Below are positions 35,128 through 48,397 of a stretch of 64,000 nt of DNA, one piece after another. Under the pieces are notes generated by a model. It ran no database searches. It saw only the letters and a program-made list of their open reading frames with translations, and was not told where the DNA came from. The stretch covers positions 10,540,001-10,604,000 of the forward strand of contig NC_043001.1 of assembly GCF_006345805.1 (NCBI RefSeq), in the 5' to 3' direction. The position numbers and the translations under genes are program-made. Position 1 is the stretch's first letter, and each line of letters begins with the position of its first letter. This stretch comes from Octopus sinensis. Taxonomy: Eukaryota.

Positions 35128-38100
35128 TCCTGGCTTACCAAAATCCTTCCATGGCAATGAATAAAACAACGATGATTTTAAAAGACTTTTTATACTATCT
35201 TTGCTGGCATTTGGAATTTAAAAGCAGCTAGCTAGAGATTTTGAACAATATATATATATATAATATATATATAATATATGTATATATATATGATATATAT
35301 ATATATCTATTAATGATATATCTCGGTCGGGATTTATCAATTTTTTCAACTGTCAGAGAACAATCTCACATTGCTGACTGAAAACCATCAATGCAGATTT
35401 ATATTTCACTCATCTTGAAGTCAAATTGAATGCATTCATCAGATGAACTGACTGAGGTATTTCTATACTCGGTCTCTTTAAACTGTTTGTTCTTTGTTTA
35501 CGAAAAGAAAAGAAAAAAAAAAGACACAAAACAAGTGACTGAGAAGGAATGCATTTCATAAAACAAACACAAGAAAAACATCATGGGTTCATTGAAATAT
35601 CAACTTTTATCATTTAGGTTTTGAATTTTTAACGAATTTAATCTGGTGAAGAAATTAATGATGATAATGGTGGAACTATCGTGATGCTATTTTGATGCCA
35701 TATGAGCTTACTCCGTGTTACATCACGGCAAGTGTATACGAGTAGATATATGAACAATCTAGGGCCTAATTATGCCACTGAAAGTTGTATGGTATCTTCT
35801 CAGAACATGGGTTTAACAGCAAACCATTCCCCATTTTCTTAAACTATGAATGAGATTTTTTTTTTTTTTTTATTATTTCACAGAAAGTTTTCTATAAAAA
35901 AAAAAAATAGAAAAGAAAAATGAAACATAAGAGAACTGCACAAGCTGTCAGTTGGAGGTCAGTAAAAACTGCAACCAAATTTATCAGAGAAACTATTTTC
36001 ATAATATTAGCATTACAATCAACAGCATTTTGCCCCACCCCCTTCTCATTATTTCTTATCAACTGTGACAGTTTGGTTACACAACATTCATTATCCATTA
36101 AACTAGATCAACACAATTAGCCGCACTGGACAACAGTGAATCTCCTTTGGTTGCAGTAAGCTAGATATCATTTGATGAATTTAGCATCAGGCTTTTTAAG
36201 AGTCGCAATTTCCTTTGTGACTATTATTACAGTTGTAGGCTTCAATACTATTTTGTGCTAAAATAATTGACGTGTGTTTGTGTACTGATCTCAGAACCAT
36301 CGAAGCTATGGCTGAATGTTGTGATGTTGTCGATATTTCATAAACAAACATACAAAAAAAAAAAACAAAAAAAAAAACCAACAAAAACAATACTTGCTTC
36401 ATGAATTGCCTTTTCTTTCCTGATTAACTCTTTTTTAATTATTTTAGTTGACTGACACAAACACACACACAAACACAAACACCCACCCACATTCATACCC
36501 CGCACATAATATGATGTAAAACACTTTTGGATACTTTGATAGAACTGAGGGTCAAGAAGTAAAAATGCCAAATAATTGCTGTCATACAGTTTTTTTTTTG
36601 TTTGTTTTTTGTTTTTTTTTTAAAATCTATCACACCAGCTGTCAAGTAAAAAATTGACCGTTTAACCGTTTTGAGCACTGGTATTTAGTAGTAACCTTTG
36701 CTCATATCAGTCGTTCGAACCTAACAAAATAAAAAGGGAAAAAAAACCTGTGAGGAGAAATGTAAAACAATTTCTCATTCTTTAGTTTTTGGCAAAACTA
36801 GGAAAAAAAAAAAAAATAATAACTAAATGGTGTGTGCCTATTTCTGTTTTTAATATTGCTTACACCTTCATGCTATCAGTGTGGAAAATACACTGTCATG
36901 ATACTACCTGTGTGGAAAATACACAATACTAAATGCGACATCACCAAATCATTTCATGCTGAAATCCAGGAAATTACCATAATTCTTTTAAGTAAAATAT
37001 ATTTGAGTTTTTTTTTTTACTATTATTACTACTACTATCTGGTAACCAGTATAATTCTCCTTCAGTTGAATGCCAAGAGATATTTTGGCCAATTTAATCC
37101 AAAATATCTCTCGGCATTGAATTTGATGATCATCATAATGAATTTGATAATCATGAAAATAATCTGATTGTCAAAAGTGGGTAGAAAATGGAATTAAGAG
37201 AAACTCCACGGCAGAGTTTGCTCATTCACTGAGCAGGTTATTCGGTGCTGGTGCACTTAAAAAAAAAAATGGAAGAGATGCCAAGTTAAAAATTCAAAGG
37301 CATAAAAAAAAGAACTTTCTCTCCTCATTTGTGTTAATTGGCTGACAGCAGTTTTATCATGTGATAACAATAGCAAGGCAACTTGTCTATCATCCCAAGC
37401 CCTTGTCTCTTTCACTATTACCCCATACACACTCTAGTGAAGATTTGTGAATGCTGTCATTAAAAGAGAGTTTTGTTAACATTGTGCTCTGCTGCTACCA
37501 CTGTTGATTCATCAGTTGACCATTGTTGGTGAACACTAGCACATCCTCTTGTCTAAAGCTGCCCATTCTCCCTACCTCTCAAATCTAAAGTCTTCAAGAC
37601 AACTTGGCAATTATTAAGGTTGTTCCTCTTTTCTAATTTGCACATGTTTCGTAGGACTGACTTTGCCAGTTTATTATCTAGATATGGTCTGCTGGTTTTC
37701 ACAAGTTCTGCTCTATATGTAGGTTTATAATCAACATGCGATTGCTTGATGTCCCCTCTATCTACATATGATTTCCAAAGGTCTCTTTGTTTTTTTTCCC
37801 TCTCTCCTTTCTCTCTACATTTGAATTCCTGGGGGAAAAAAAGAAAAAGAATCTTCTATCTTCATATGGTTTGAAAGTGATGCTGATATGAAATTTTTCC
37901 AGTTTCGAATGAGTGTATGCATGCATGCGCGTGTGTGTGTGTGTATATATATATATGTGTAAACGAGAGAACATGTATATGTTGTAGTTGAATGTACTGA
38001 ACCAGCTCAGTAGATATTATACTGCATCTGCAGCTGCTGGAAAAGCACAATTTAACCCAGCGGAGATTTAAAGAAGAGCAAATTTCCTCTACGAATTCAA

Positions 38101-39300
38101 CCAATCACAATGGAGGAATGACCGGCCATAAACTTATTCCTCCCAAAATTGTAAAACTAACTCTGAGTAACCCAAAACTGATTCCTCGACACACAACAGA
38201 ATCCCCTGCCCACCATCTCCACTCCAGAGTCCACTCTCAATACTCTGTAATGGAGTTACGTACCATACACAAAATGTTTTCATTACGATGAAACAGTTTG
38301 ATGGGAAATACTTTAAGTTTGTTCGTTTCCTAAAAGGCAAACTTAAATCCCTTTTACTAATTTTGTAACTTAGTTTATTATTGAGACCTTCTTGCTGAAG
38401 TCACTACAGTATCAGGGAAAACAACCGGCATGGTAGACAGCCACTAAATATGGTTTGTGACGAAGAAAAGGGTAATTGGAGAACTGTCCAGATTAAAGAA
38501 GTCCAGTTTTCACCTTTTTTTTTTATACTCATATTTACATACATTGAATTTTAATTGTTTATTGAACTATTCATGCAAACACACATATGCGTGTGTTGTG
38601 TATATATACACATTTACATATGTAAGTGTATATGTATATACATATGTGTGTTGATACACATACATAACATGAATATTTTGTTTGTTTTAAAAAGGAAAAT
38701 GAAATTTTATTTTGTATGTTATAATTGTTTCCATTTAAAAAAAAAAGATGTTTTTTTCTTGTTAAAAAAGTATTTCCCCCCCTCCAGGAGGCCTTAAATA
38801 AATAGGTGTGTATAAGATTTTCTACATGAGCTGGTGTCAGTCTAACGAATAAAGGCACTGTGTCCCATGTAAGTGACATTCTATCAACTCTGCTGCTCAG
38901 TTGGTGAGGAAAACTGAAACCAGAATATTGGATACGTAGAGCATATGTGACCATGATGATGCGTAGAACAACAGAAGAAAAAAAAATTAACAAAAAAATA
39001 ATAAATAATTGTTCATAATATAAACCAAAGCCTGTCAAGGCCTGGGAACATCCCCCCCCCACCAACTAAAGACATAGCAACTGATGACCTCTCTTTAGAA
39101 TATGACTCCCCCCACCCAACTGTAGCAGGTGATGAATAACTGCTGTGACAAAGCAACTGTCTCCAAATGAGCAAATACATCATATAAAGAAAAGTATTTA
39201 TATTAAAGTCATCTGCTTCCTGTTGTAATTTTGTTGTTGTCTTCAAATTCTATGGAAATGTATTTTGTTTATGAAATGTTTGTCTTTTAGCAACCACATC
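35128..39300 (+). other. Putative long 3' UTR of the nephrin-like gene with several candidate poly(A) signals
   Basis: Follows the stop codon; no recognisable SINE/LINE copies; U/A-rich; AATAAA at 35160, 36728, 38797, 38848, 39000. The distal end is not determinable from sequence. Confidence 0.5.
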
Positions 39301-39522
39301 CAGAAAACAAGATCAGGTCTCGGGTCATATTTCCCTTGAAAGTAACCTTAAATGATTTCATGTATATTTATTATACAGAAGCAGATTGGGTGTAAAAATA
39401 TTGGGTGCCCACCCCGCAACTACAATGCTATCATTTATTTTATTTATTTTTAAAGTATTCTTTTCAACTGTCTACAAACACAGCCAGGTTGAAATAATTA
39501 AAGTATTCTTCCAGGAGTGGAT

Positions 39523-39744
39523 AAAAAATTCCTCAGACCTGAGGGATGGGCCCCCATATATGGATTCAAAAATCCTCAGACTTGAGGGGGATGGTACCCC
39601 ATATATGGATTCAAAAGTCCTCAGACTTAAGGAGATGGTACCCCAGATAAAGGTTCAAAAATCTTCAGACTTGAGGGGATGGTACCCAATATAAAGATTC
39701 AAAAATCCTCAGACATGATGGGATGGTACCCCATATATGGATTC
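39523..39744. repeat. Minisatellite, 5 x ~44 bp, internally palindromic unit
   Basis: Unit AAAAATCCTCAGACTTGAGGGGATGGTACCCCATATATGGATTC. Confidence 0.9.
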
Positions 39745-40626
39745 TAATGGCGCAGGGGCCCACTTGCCATCGGTCAAGCTGGCAACCTGGCCAGTCTGCC
39801 ACTATGCACATACACATATTCAAACTTAAAATAAGAAAAGTACTGTACTCGACTTAACTGTTAGTCTTGTTTGTAAAGACTGGTGTTAGCAGCTAAAACA
39901 GAAAGCAGTTTGTGCCTCTTCTACGACAACTGAATCAATTCTATAGTTTCTTAAATATTAGTAAATGTTATAAAATAATGGTAAAAAAAAAAATACCTCG
40001 TCTTTTATGATATATGAAGTCTAGTGGAGTTTATAGCTTGGAGAATGCTATATATGTGTGTGTGTGTGTGTTCTCTTTTAGTAGGCATCAACAAAATAAA
40101 AGACTTTTTTGTTTAAATTATATTTTTAATTCTATCTTAAAGTTTTCTAAAATATGGTAGACATTATGAGAAACTCAAATTAATATATTGAATAGGAAAA
40201 TAATGCTTTCCAGCCCAAGGATAAAATGTAGCTTTATTTCCCATCTAAACACAAGTTTAGTAAATTAGAAAATTGCTAACAATATTTGATTCTATTTCAA
40301 TAAATTCATTTGAGATTTTTCTATTAACTCTAATACTGCGGAGTTGAAATACACTTTAAGTGAGAAATATTGTCACAATAATTTGACAATAACTTGCATC
40401 ACCTGATTGAAGTGAATAAATAGGAATCAACCTTGGGAGAATAATAAACAAAATTCTTTATTATTCTTCCAAAGAATTGATATTCTCAATGTTGTTTCTA
40501 CCAGACAGAACCTTGTCTTTTAATGTCCACTTTTCCAGGCTTGCACTGGAACCGATGGAACTAGTTGAGGTAGATTTTCTACAGCCCGATGCCATTTCTG
40601 TTGCCAATCATCACCCATTTCTACGT

Positions 40627-41007
40627 CTACTCTTTTACTTGTTTCAGTCATTTAACTGCGGCCATGCTGGAGCACCGCCTTCAGACAAGCAAATCAACCC
40701 CAGGACTTATTCTGTGTAAGCCTAGTACTTATTCTATCAGTCTCTTTTTGCCGAACCGCTAAGTTACGTGGATGTAAACACACAAGCATCGGTTGTCAAG
40801 CAATGTTGGCGGGGGACAGACACGCAAACACATATATATACATATGAACGATGGGCTTCTTTTAATTTCCATCTACCAAATCCACTCACAAAGCATTGGT
40901 TGGCCTGAGGCTATAGTAGAAGACACTTGCCCAAGGTGGCATGAAGTGCGACTGAACCTAGAACCATGTGGTTGGTAAGCAAGCTACTTACCACGCAGCC
41001 ACTCCTA
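40627..41007 (-). mobile_element. Family B SINE (followed by a degenerate B copy to about 41250)
   Basis: Similarity to the other B copies. Confidence 0.85.
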
Positions 41008-42779
41008 TGGCTAGACAGGTTTTCATTGGAAGACCAGATACAAACATTGGTTGCACAGTGACAGTCTTATACAACTATTGTGGGATGCCAAGGAGATAGA
41101 CACACACAAAAGGATTCTTTCAGCTTCTGTCTATCAGATCCACTCACAAGGTTTTGGTCAGCCTAAAGTGAAACTAGAAAGCACTTTGCAGTGGGACTGA
41201 ACCAAAAACCCTGTAGTTGGGAAACAAATTTCTTAATCACACAGACATGTATATATAAATATATATAGACTCACAAGGTGTATATAAACTCCATGTGCAA
41301 TTTAAAATGCTTGTAGCTTTATATCTATACATCATCATCATCATCATCATCATAGAAGAAAACTGCAACCACATTTTATACACACTTTGTGTGTGTATCA
41401 TCATCGTTTAAAGTCCATTTTCCATGCTAGCATGGGTTGGACGGTTTGACCGGGGTCTGGGAAGCCAGGAGGCTGTACCAGGCTCCAGTCTGATCTGGCA
41501 GTGTTTCTACAACTGTATGTATATATATTTACAGAGTGAACAGCACAACAAAGACAACATTTAACAAATGTATTAGCTTAATGCTTAAAAAGAAGGGTCT
41601 TGATATGTTGGGCAGTTGTCCTTCATCAGAAAAAAATACATGAATGTGAAAGGGGTTAGGAACCATGTGGGAAAGCCATTATGGAGTGTTAGGAAACGAG
41701 GCTGGTTGGTGTGTGCATATGTAGAAGGGTATCCATGTATAGAGGTGGGCATAAAGATGTACTACGGAGTATATGGAGGTAAGTATGGGAGTGCAGTGGC
41801 ATGCGATGGTGCAGATGTAATCGCGAGGAAGGCAAGGTGAAGGATGCAGCAGATGTGAATATGAAGCAAAAAAAAGGGAAGGTAAGAGGAATGTAAGTAT
41901 TTGACAAAAAGAAAAGAAAAAAATTGATTAAAAAAGTAAATACTGGAAAAAAAAACAGATTTTTTAGTTAGTAAAATAAAACTATTCCACACTTGTGGAA
42001 GTTATGTAACAGGTACAATGTCTGGAAAAAGTAATAAAAGAAAGGAAAAAAGTGAAGTTTGTTGAAGTGGGCATAGACAGGAAAAAAAAAACCCCAAGCG
42101 ATTTGTGGTTAAACTGTAAAGAAAAACTATATATTGGAAATTTTTTTTTTTTAATGAAAATTTGAAAGTAAAAGAAACGCAAAACTATGAAAAAAAAAAG
42201 AAGTCCAAGTGAAGTGTTAGTGTTATAAAAGCTAATTGCAAATTGTTCATTGCTTGTGTCGTTAGGGGTCAGTGAAAGCAGAGAGAAAAGTGTTATTTTG
42301 TAGATAGGATTTTTGGAAAACTAGAATGTGATACGGTAGGAAAGAGTATTAAAATGGTGAAGTGGTATATTCCAGAGGGGAAGTGAATCAGCACATGGTC
42401 CTACAACCACCCCCACCACTTCTCTCTCAGTGTGTCATCATTTAGTGTCCACCTTCCAATGTTTGCATGGGTCAGGTGGAGTTTGTTGAGGTTTTCCAAT
42501 GCTGGATGCCCTTCCTATAGCCAAACCTCACCTGTTTCCAAGCAAGATTGAATTCCCCATGGCCAGACATGTTTTTCACAGACCTGAAATCAACACTGCT
42601 TGTATAACGGTGATGCTTGTTTACAAGGGTAAACACAAACATACACACACAAATACAACAGACTTCCTTTAGGAGGTTATACTAGAAGGCCTTACTGAAG
42701 GTTCCACACAACAGTGAGACGGAACTCGAGATCCCCTGGCTGGGAAATAAGCTTTTGAACCCTGTTGGGAAATTAATGC

Positions 42780-43187
42780 TCTTTACTCTTTTACTCTTCT
42801 ACTTGTTTTAGACATTTGACTGTGGCCATGCTGGAGCAATGCCTTTAGTCGAGCACATCAACCCCAGGACTTATTCTTTGTAAGCCTAGTACTTATTCTA
42901 TCGGTCTCATTTGCTGAACCGCTACATCAAGGGGACGTAAACACACAACCATCGGTTGTCAAGCAATGTTGGGGGGACAAACACAGACACACACACACAC
43001 ACACATATATAATATATATACACATATACATACTTCTTTCAGTTTCCGTCTATCAAATCCACTCACAAGGTTTTGGTCGTCCCGAGGGTCTAGTAGAAGA
43101 TACTTGCCCAAGGTGCCAAGCAGTGGGACTGAACTCGGAACCATGTAGTTTGTAAGCAAGCGACTTATCATACAGCCACTCTTACAC
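42780..43187 (-). mobile_element. Family B SINE
   Basis: Similarity to the other B copies. Confidence 0.85.
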
Positions 43188-43744
43188 CTATAATAATGAA
43201 TTTAGATTTATAACTAAATCTGTTTTGACATTTATGTCTTCTTGCAAAACTGTTTGTTGGGGAAATATCAAGTGAAACCTTGAAATTATAGAATGTGGGT
43301 TTTGATATAGAACTTTTAATTGCAACATAAAGGAAGCTAAGATGCAGTTAAACTCAGCACCAGAAACATTGTGAAAGTGGACTTCAGGTTACACTTAACC
43401 CACTACACCTGAAGGTATAACGCGACTTATGAAAGGGCCATTCAACACCTCAAGTGTGTGTGTGTCTTTGTATTTGTTTGTGTTTGTCCCCACAACCATT
43501 TAAAAACATTTGATTTTTTTACATCCTCATGACTTAGTGGTTCAGTAAAAGAAACTGTTAAAATACATACCAGACTTTAAAGCACTTGGAGTCAATTTCT
43601 TCAACTAAAACACCTCAGAGGCTGTCCCACCATGGCAAACCATCAAGCGACTGAAATGAATAAAAGATAATTGTTAGGGCATTCAAAAGCCATTGTGAAA
43701 TAACAATTTGAAAGTTTCAAAAAGAATATTACAAGAGTTTCATT

Positions 43745-44058
43745 TAGTGGCACATAAAAGACACCATCTGAGCATGACCGTTACCAGCATCGCCTTACTG
43801 GCACCTGTGCCGGTGGCATGTGTAAAAAATTCGAGCAAGGTCATTGCCAGTAACCGCCTGACTAGCCCCGTGCTGGTGGCATGTAAAAGCACCCACTACA
43901 CTCTTGGAGAGGTTGGCATTAGGAAGGGCATCCAGCTGTAGAAACTCTGCCAGATCAAGATTGAAGCTTGGTGCAGCCATCTGGTATGCCAGCCCTCAGT
44001 CAAAATCGTCCAACCCATGCTAGCATGGAAAGCGGACGTTAAACGATGATGATGATGA
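43745..44058 (+). mobile_element. Family C RTE 3' end
   Basis: Same motif set and (GAT)n tail. Confidence 0.8.
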
Positions 44059-44359
44059 TTTTGTATCGGACTTGGAAATCACAAACCGATACAAATATTG
44101 CACTATGGTTCCAGTGAGATCTCACTGTGAATTTTCAGAGGTAATGGGGTTTTCTTTTCCAGTTGCCACTTTCTTAAAATGTATAACAGCATGGTGAGAC
44201 GTTTCCTAAACACATGGTTTTGGCTTCAGTTCGACTGTGTGGCACCTTTGGCCAGGTATCTTCTAGTGTAGCTCCATGCCAACCAAAGAACTCCGAATGG
44301 ATTTGATGGAAACTGAAAGAAGCCCATCACATGTATATCTAACTGACACTCCATCATTT

Positions 44360-44649
44360 ACAGCAATGAGAGTTCTAGTTGATCCAGTCAACGGCACAGC
44401 CTTGCATGCGAAATTAACATGCAACTGGCTGAGTACTCCACAGACACATGTGCCCTTAACATGGCTCTTAGGCAGATTCAGAGTGACACAGAATGGGATG
44501 AGGCTGGCCCTTTGAATTACAGGTACTACTGATTTTTGGCAGCTGAGTGGACAGGAGCAATGTGAAGTAAAGTGTCTTGCTCAAGAACACAATGCATCAC
44601 CAGGAATCGAACTCATGAAGTTACAATCATGAAACAAATATTGTAACCA
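44360..44649 (-). mobile_element. tRNA-headed SINE, family E
   Basis: Reverse complement GTGAAGGCATGTGGCTTAGTGGTT...GAGTTCGATTCC...CTTGAGCAAGACACTT. Confidence 0.7.
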
Positions 44650-44673
44650 CTAAGCCACATGCCTTCACTTACA

Positions 44674-44714
<41 letters not shown>

Positions 44715-44717
44715 CAC

Positions 44718-45012
44718 TGTGTTCCCTGTGACTGACCAGGCTATCAGATGTTGCTACACATCGCTGGTCACAATGCGCTTCACATTGTTTTAGCCTTCAA
44801 ATGATGCCACCCCGCTGACTAAACGAGCAGGCCAACAGGAAGAGAGAGTGAGAGAAAGTTGTAGCGAAAGAGTACAGCAGGGATCGCCACTACCCACTGC
44901 TGGAGCCTCGTGGAGTTTTAGGTGTTTTCGCTCAATAAAAACTCACAACACCCTGTCTAGGAATCGAAACCGTGAGTCCACTGCCCTAACCACTGGGCCA
45001 TTGCGCCTCCAC
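44718..45012 (-). mobile_element. tRNA-headed SINE, family F
   Basis: Reverse complement GTGGAGGCGCAATGGCCCAGTGGTTAGGGCAG...GTTTCGATTCC head. Confidence 0.7.
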
Positions 45013-45048
<36 letters not shown>

Positions 45049-45103
45049 GTGTGTTTATATATATATATATGTGTGTGTTTATATATATATATGTGTGTGT
45101 GTG

Positions 45104-45144
<41 letters not shown>

Positions 45145-45600
45145 TATATAAAATACAAAATGGGACAAGAACACAAAAGATCCGAACAGCTAGGTGATAC
45201 AAAAATAGGACAACAAAACATCCAGATAGATGATACAAAGAAAACAACAACAGGTCATTCAGAGTTTTCTTTCTTCAGTCAAGCACCAGATTATCCTCGC
45301 AATTTTGACTGATTAATCTTGAGATTGCTCCAATATGGCCAGCCCCAAGGAAAACTAAGATAAGAGCATTAGATTCCTTGGAAGAAAGCAGCAAATGTAT
45401 ACAAAAACAAGGATAGAAAAAAACGGATAATGTTACACAAATATATGTATATATAGGGGGAATTCACAAAAAAGTAAAAGATGAAGACAGGTGGTGTAGA
45501 CAACAAATAGATGTAACACTCAGGAAGTGAAAAAGTCTTTAACATTTCGAGCCTATGCTCTTCCACAGAAAGAAACAAGGAGAGAAAATAAAGAATGTGT
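45145..45600 (-). mobile_element. Unclassified, probably Penelope-like fragment abutting a (TA)n array
   Basis: Begins directly after the TA array at 45012-45140 and carries the hammerhead-like motif at 45536-45573. Confidence 0.45.
45536..45573 (-). ncRNA. Degenerate minimal type-I hammerhead motif of a second, unrelated repeat family
   Basis: Minus strand UCUUU CUGUGGA A GAGC-AUAG-GCUC GAA AUGU U/AAAGA; helices I and II pair perfectly, core A6 is changed and ACGU has decayed to AUGU. Confidence 0.55.
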
Positions 45601-46071
45601 AGTGGCTAGCAATCTAGAAAATTTAGAGAAATATTCTACCGGTGGCCAGCATGCATAATAAAGTCAATATACAACATATTTTTCATATAAATTATTGTAC
45701 ATTTTTTATACAAAAAAGTGGTGACCTTAACAGGACACTTTACATGCTGGAAAGGGCAGTTAACACCTAAACCACAAATATGATTAATTTCAAAGGAATG
45801 AAAAATAAAAACATTTCATTAGTTACCCTTACACTCGAGTTTCAACATCAATGTGCAAATAAAATAATTTGCCATCTGTGCTTATTCAGTAAGGGCACTA
45901 AAATTAATGTATATTTATGCAACACTGAAGACACACGTGTTCCATCCATATACAATATAATTTTTCAAGTCCACCATGCAAGTGCGGCTACAATTGGCAG
46001 TAAATGATAATTAAAACTGTGTACCAAAGTTCTTCAAAATTATGAAAATTTTACTATGAAAATAATAAGGG

Positions 46072-46190
46072 TAGAAAATTTAGAGAAATATTCTATTGGT
46101 GGCCAGCATGCATAATAAAGTCAATAGACAACATATTTATCATATCAATTAGTGTGTTTTTATGTAGAATATTTCTCTAAATATTTCTCA
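46072..46190. repeat. Small fold-back element with ~23-bp TIRs; truncated direct copy at 45615-45688
   Basis: AGAAAATTTAGAGAAATATTCTA ... TAGAATATTTCTCTAAATATTTCT. Confidence 0.6.
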
Positions 46191-47171
46191 TGTAAGACTA
46201 ACTTTCTCTTTATAAATATCCTAAAAATTCCACACACTCTTGGCTTTGTTGTCTCTTTTAATTTAACATATACATGCTCATACAAGACCCACATTAGACT
46301 CCTCACTCGTATTATTATCAAACAGTGTTTAACTACGATCCTTCCATAGCACTTACATAGCCTTATCTGATACCTTGGGTCAGCTGGATACCAAAACCTC
46401 TCATATATATGTAGATTCAGATGAATATGGTACTTAAGTTGAGGCACCAGAATTTAGTACGGTATTATCATTACCATTTAAAAATAAGGTGATTAAAATG
46501 AAAATAATTAATGTAATGAAATGATTGCATTATTCAATTAAATGGAGTTGCATGAAACGATCGTACTGCATTACCTCTGGATATCCTTGTTGCTTATTTT
46601 GGTTATATATATATATATGCACATGCATAAAAGCACCTGTGCTGATACCACATAAAAGCACAGGTGCCAGCAGCTTGTTAGAAGCGTCCAGTACAGTCTG
46701 TGAAGTGGTTTGCATTAGGAAGGGCATCCAGCCATAAAAAAACCAGACCAGAACACACAAATGGAACCCAGGCAGCTGACCACCTCCTGTCAAACCACCA
46801 AACTCATGCCAGCATGGAGAACGGATGTTGACTGATGATAGCTGAGTGAAATTGTAGTCATGGCAGATGCCAATGCCGTCTGATTGGCACCCATGCCGGT
46901 GGCACATAAAAAAGTATGGCTATGTGGTAAGGTCTTTACTTCTCTCAACCACATGGTCCTGGGTTCAGTTCCACTGCATGACATCTTGGATATGCAGTGC
47001 ATGACTTCCTGTAGGTAGACGCGCATGCACACATGTATATCAGGACTCATACACTGTTCATTTTCCTGACTTTTGTACATAATTCTATGTACTGTACATG
47101 CACCTTTGATGAGTTATAGTGCACCTGAGCAACTATACGCAATAATTTCATTATTTTTTTTTTTTTTTTAT

Positions 47172-47760
47172 TACGTCCGCTTTCCATGCTAGCATGGGTT
47201 GGACGGTTTGACCAGGGTCAGGAAACCAGGAGGCTGCACCAGGCCCAGTCTGATCTGGCAGTATTTCTAAAGCTGGATGCCCTTCCTAATGCCAACCACT
47301 CCATGAGTGTATCATCATCATCGTTTAACGTCCGTTCTCCATGCTAGCATGGGTTGGACGGTTCAACTGGGGTCTGGGAAACCAGAAGGCTGCACCAGGC
47401 TCCGGTCTTATCTGGCAATGTTTCTACAGCTGGATGACCTTCCTAACGCCAACCACTCCGTGAGTGTAATGGGTGCTTTTTACGTGCCACCTGCACTGGT
47501 GCCAGGCGAGGCTGGCATCGGCCATGGTCGGATCGGTGCATTTTATGTGCCACCGGCACAGAAGCCAGTCAAGGCAGCACTGGCTTCGGCTACGATTCGG
47601 ATGGTGCTTTTTACGTGCCACCAGCACAGGTGCCAGGCGAGACTGTCAACAGCCACGATTGGTTGGTGCTTTTTATGTGCCACCGGCACAGAGGCCAGTC
47701 GAAGTGGAGTTGGCAATGGCCACATTTGGATGGTTCTTTTACATGCCACCGGCACTGAGA
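47172..47760 (-). mobile_element. Two adjacent family C copies; the second has multiple internal subrepeats
   Basis: Tails at about 47172 and 47310; source of ORFs 47307..47804 etc. Confidence 0.8.
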
Positions 47761-48397
47761 GAAAAATTACTTTGAATTTGCAGTTAAAAGTTACTTGTGG
47801 CTGATACAACACCAGGGAAACTTGTGATGAAGTGGTAAGATCAGATCCGAGAATATTAAGTTTGGAACATTAGGAGTTAAAGGACTGAAATATATATCTG
47901 CAGAAACTGTGTATTGTAAACCTGGTCAATTTCCATCATTATATGGAATCTACACTTCAGTTCTGTCTGACTAACATCAGCAATTAGATATTATATATTG
48001 CAGAGCTGTCTGCAATATGTTGTCATGTAAAAATGATGAAGTGTTGATCTGTCAAAAGCATGTCATTGAGTCACGATTATGTATTACAGATCTGTCCATC
48101 TTGGGCTGCGTTAGAAATGGTGTTTACGATTTGCTAATTAGGTCCTTAATCTCGTCTTGTGATTGACATATTCTGGATATGTTAATTACTATTTTATCGA
48201 AAGTGATGTATGAGTGTGCAGTCACAAAGACAGAAGCGATTCCAACAAAGTTGAAGAAATAAGAAGAGGAAAACATTCGGACAAGTAACAGGATATTGAA
48301 CCGGAAAGTCACGAGGCACAAACACAAGTATGGCACACACACAAAATATATACATAGATATCGAAATCGGAATCGGAATCGAAATTGAACCAATCCT

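Noticed and set aside
39523-39744. CRISPR-like array of palindromic repeats
   Set aside because: Units are contiguous with no unique spacers, no cas genes are present, and the context is eukaryotic.
45615-46145. 74-bp direct repeats as LTRs of a miniature LTR element (TRIM)
   Set aside because: No TG...CA ends, PBS or TSD; the second copy is the left part of a small fold-back element.
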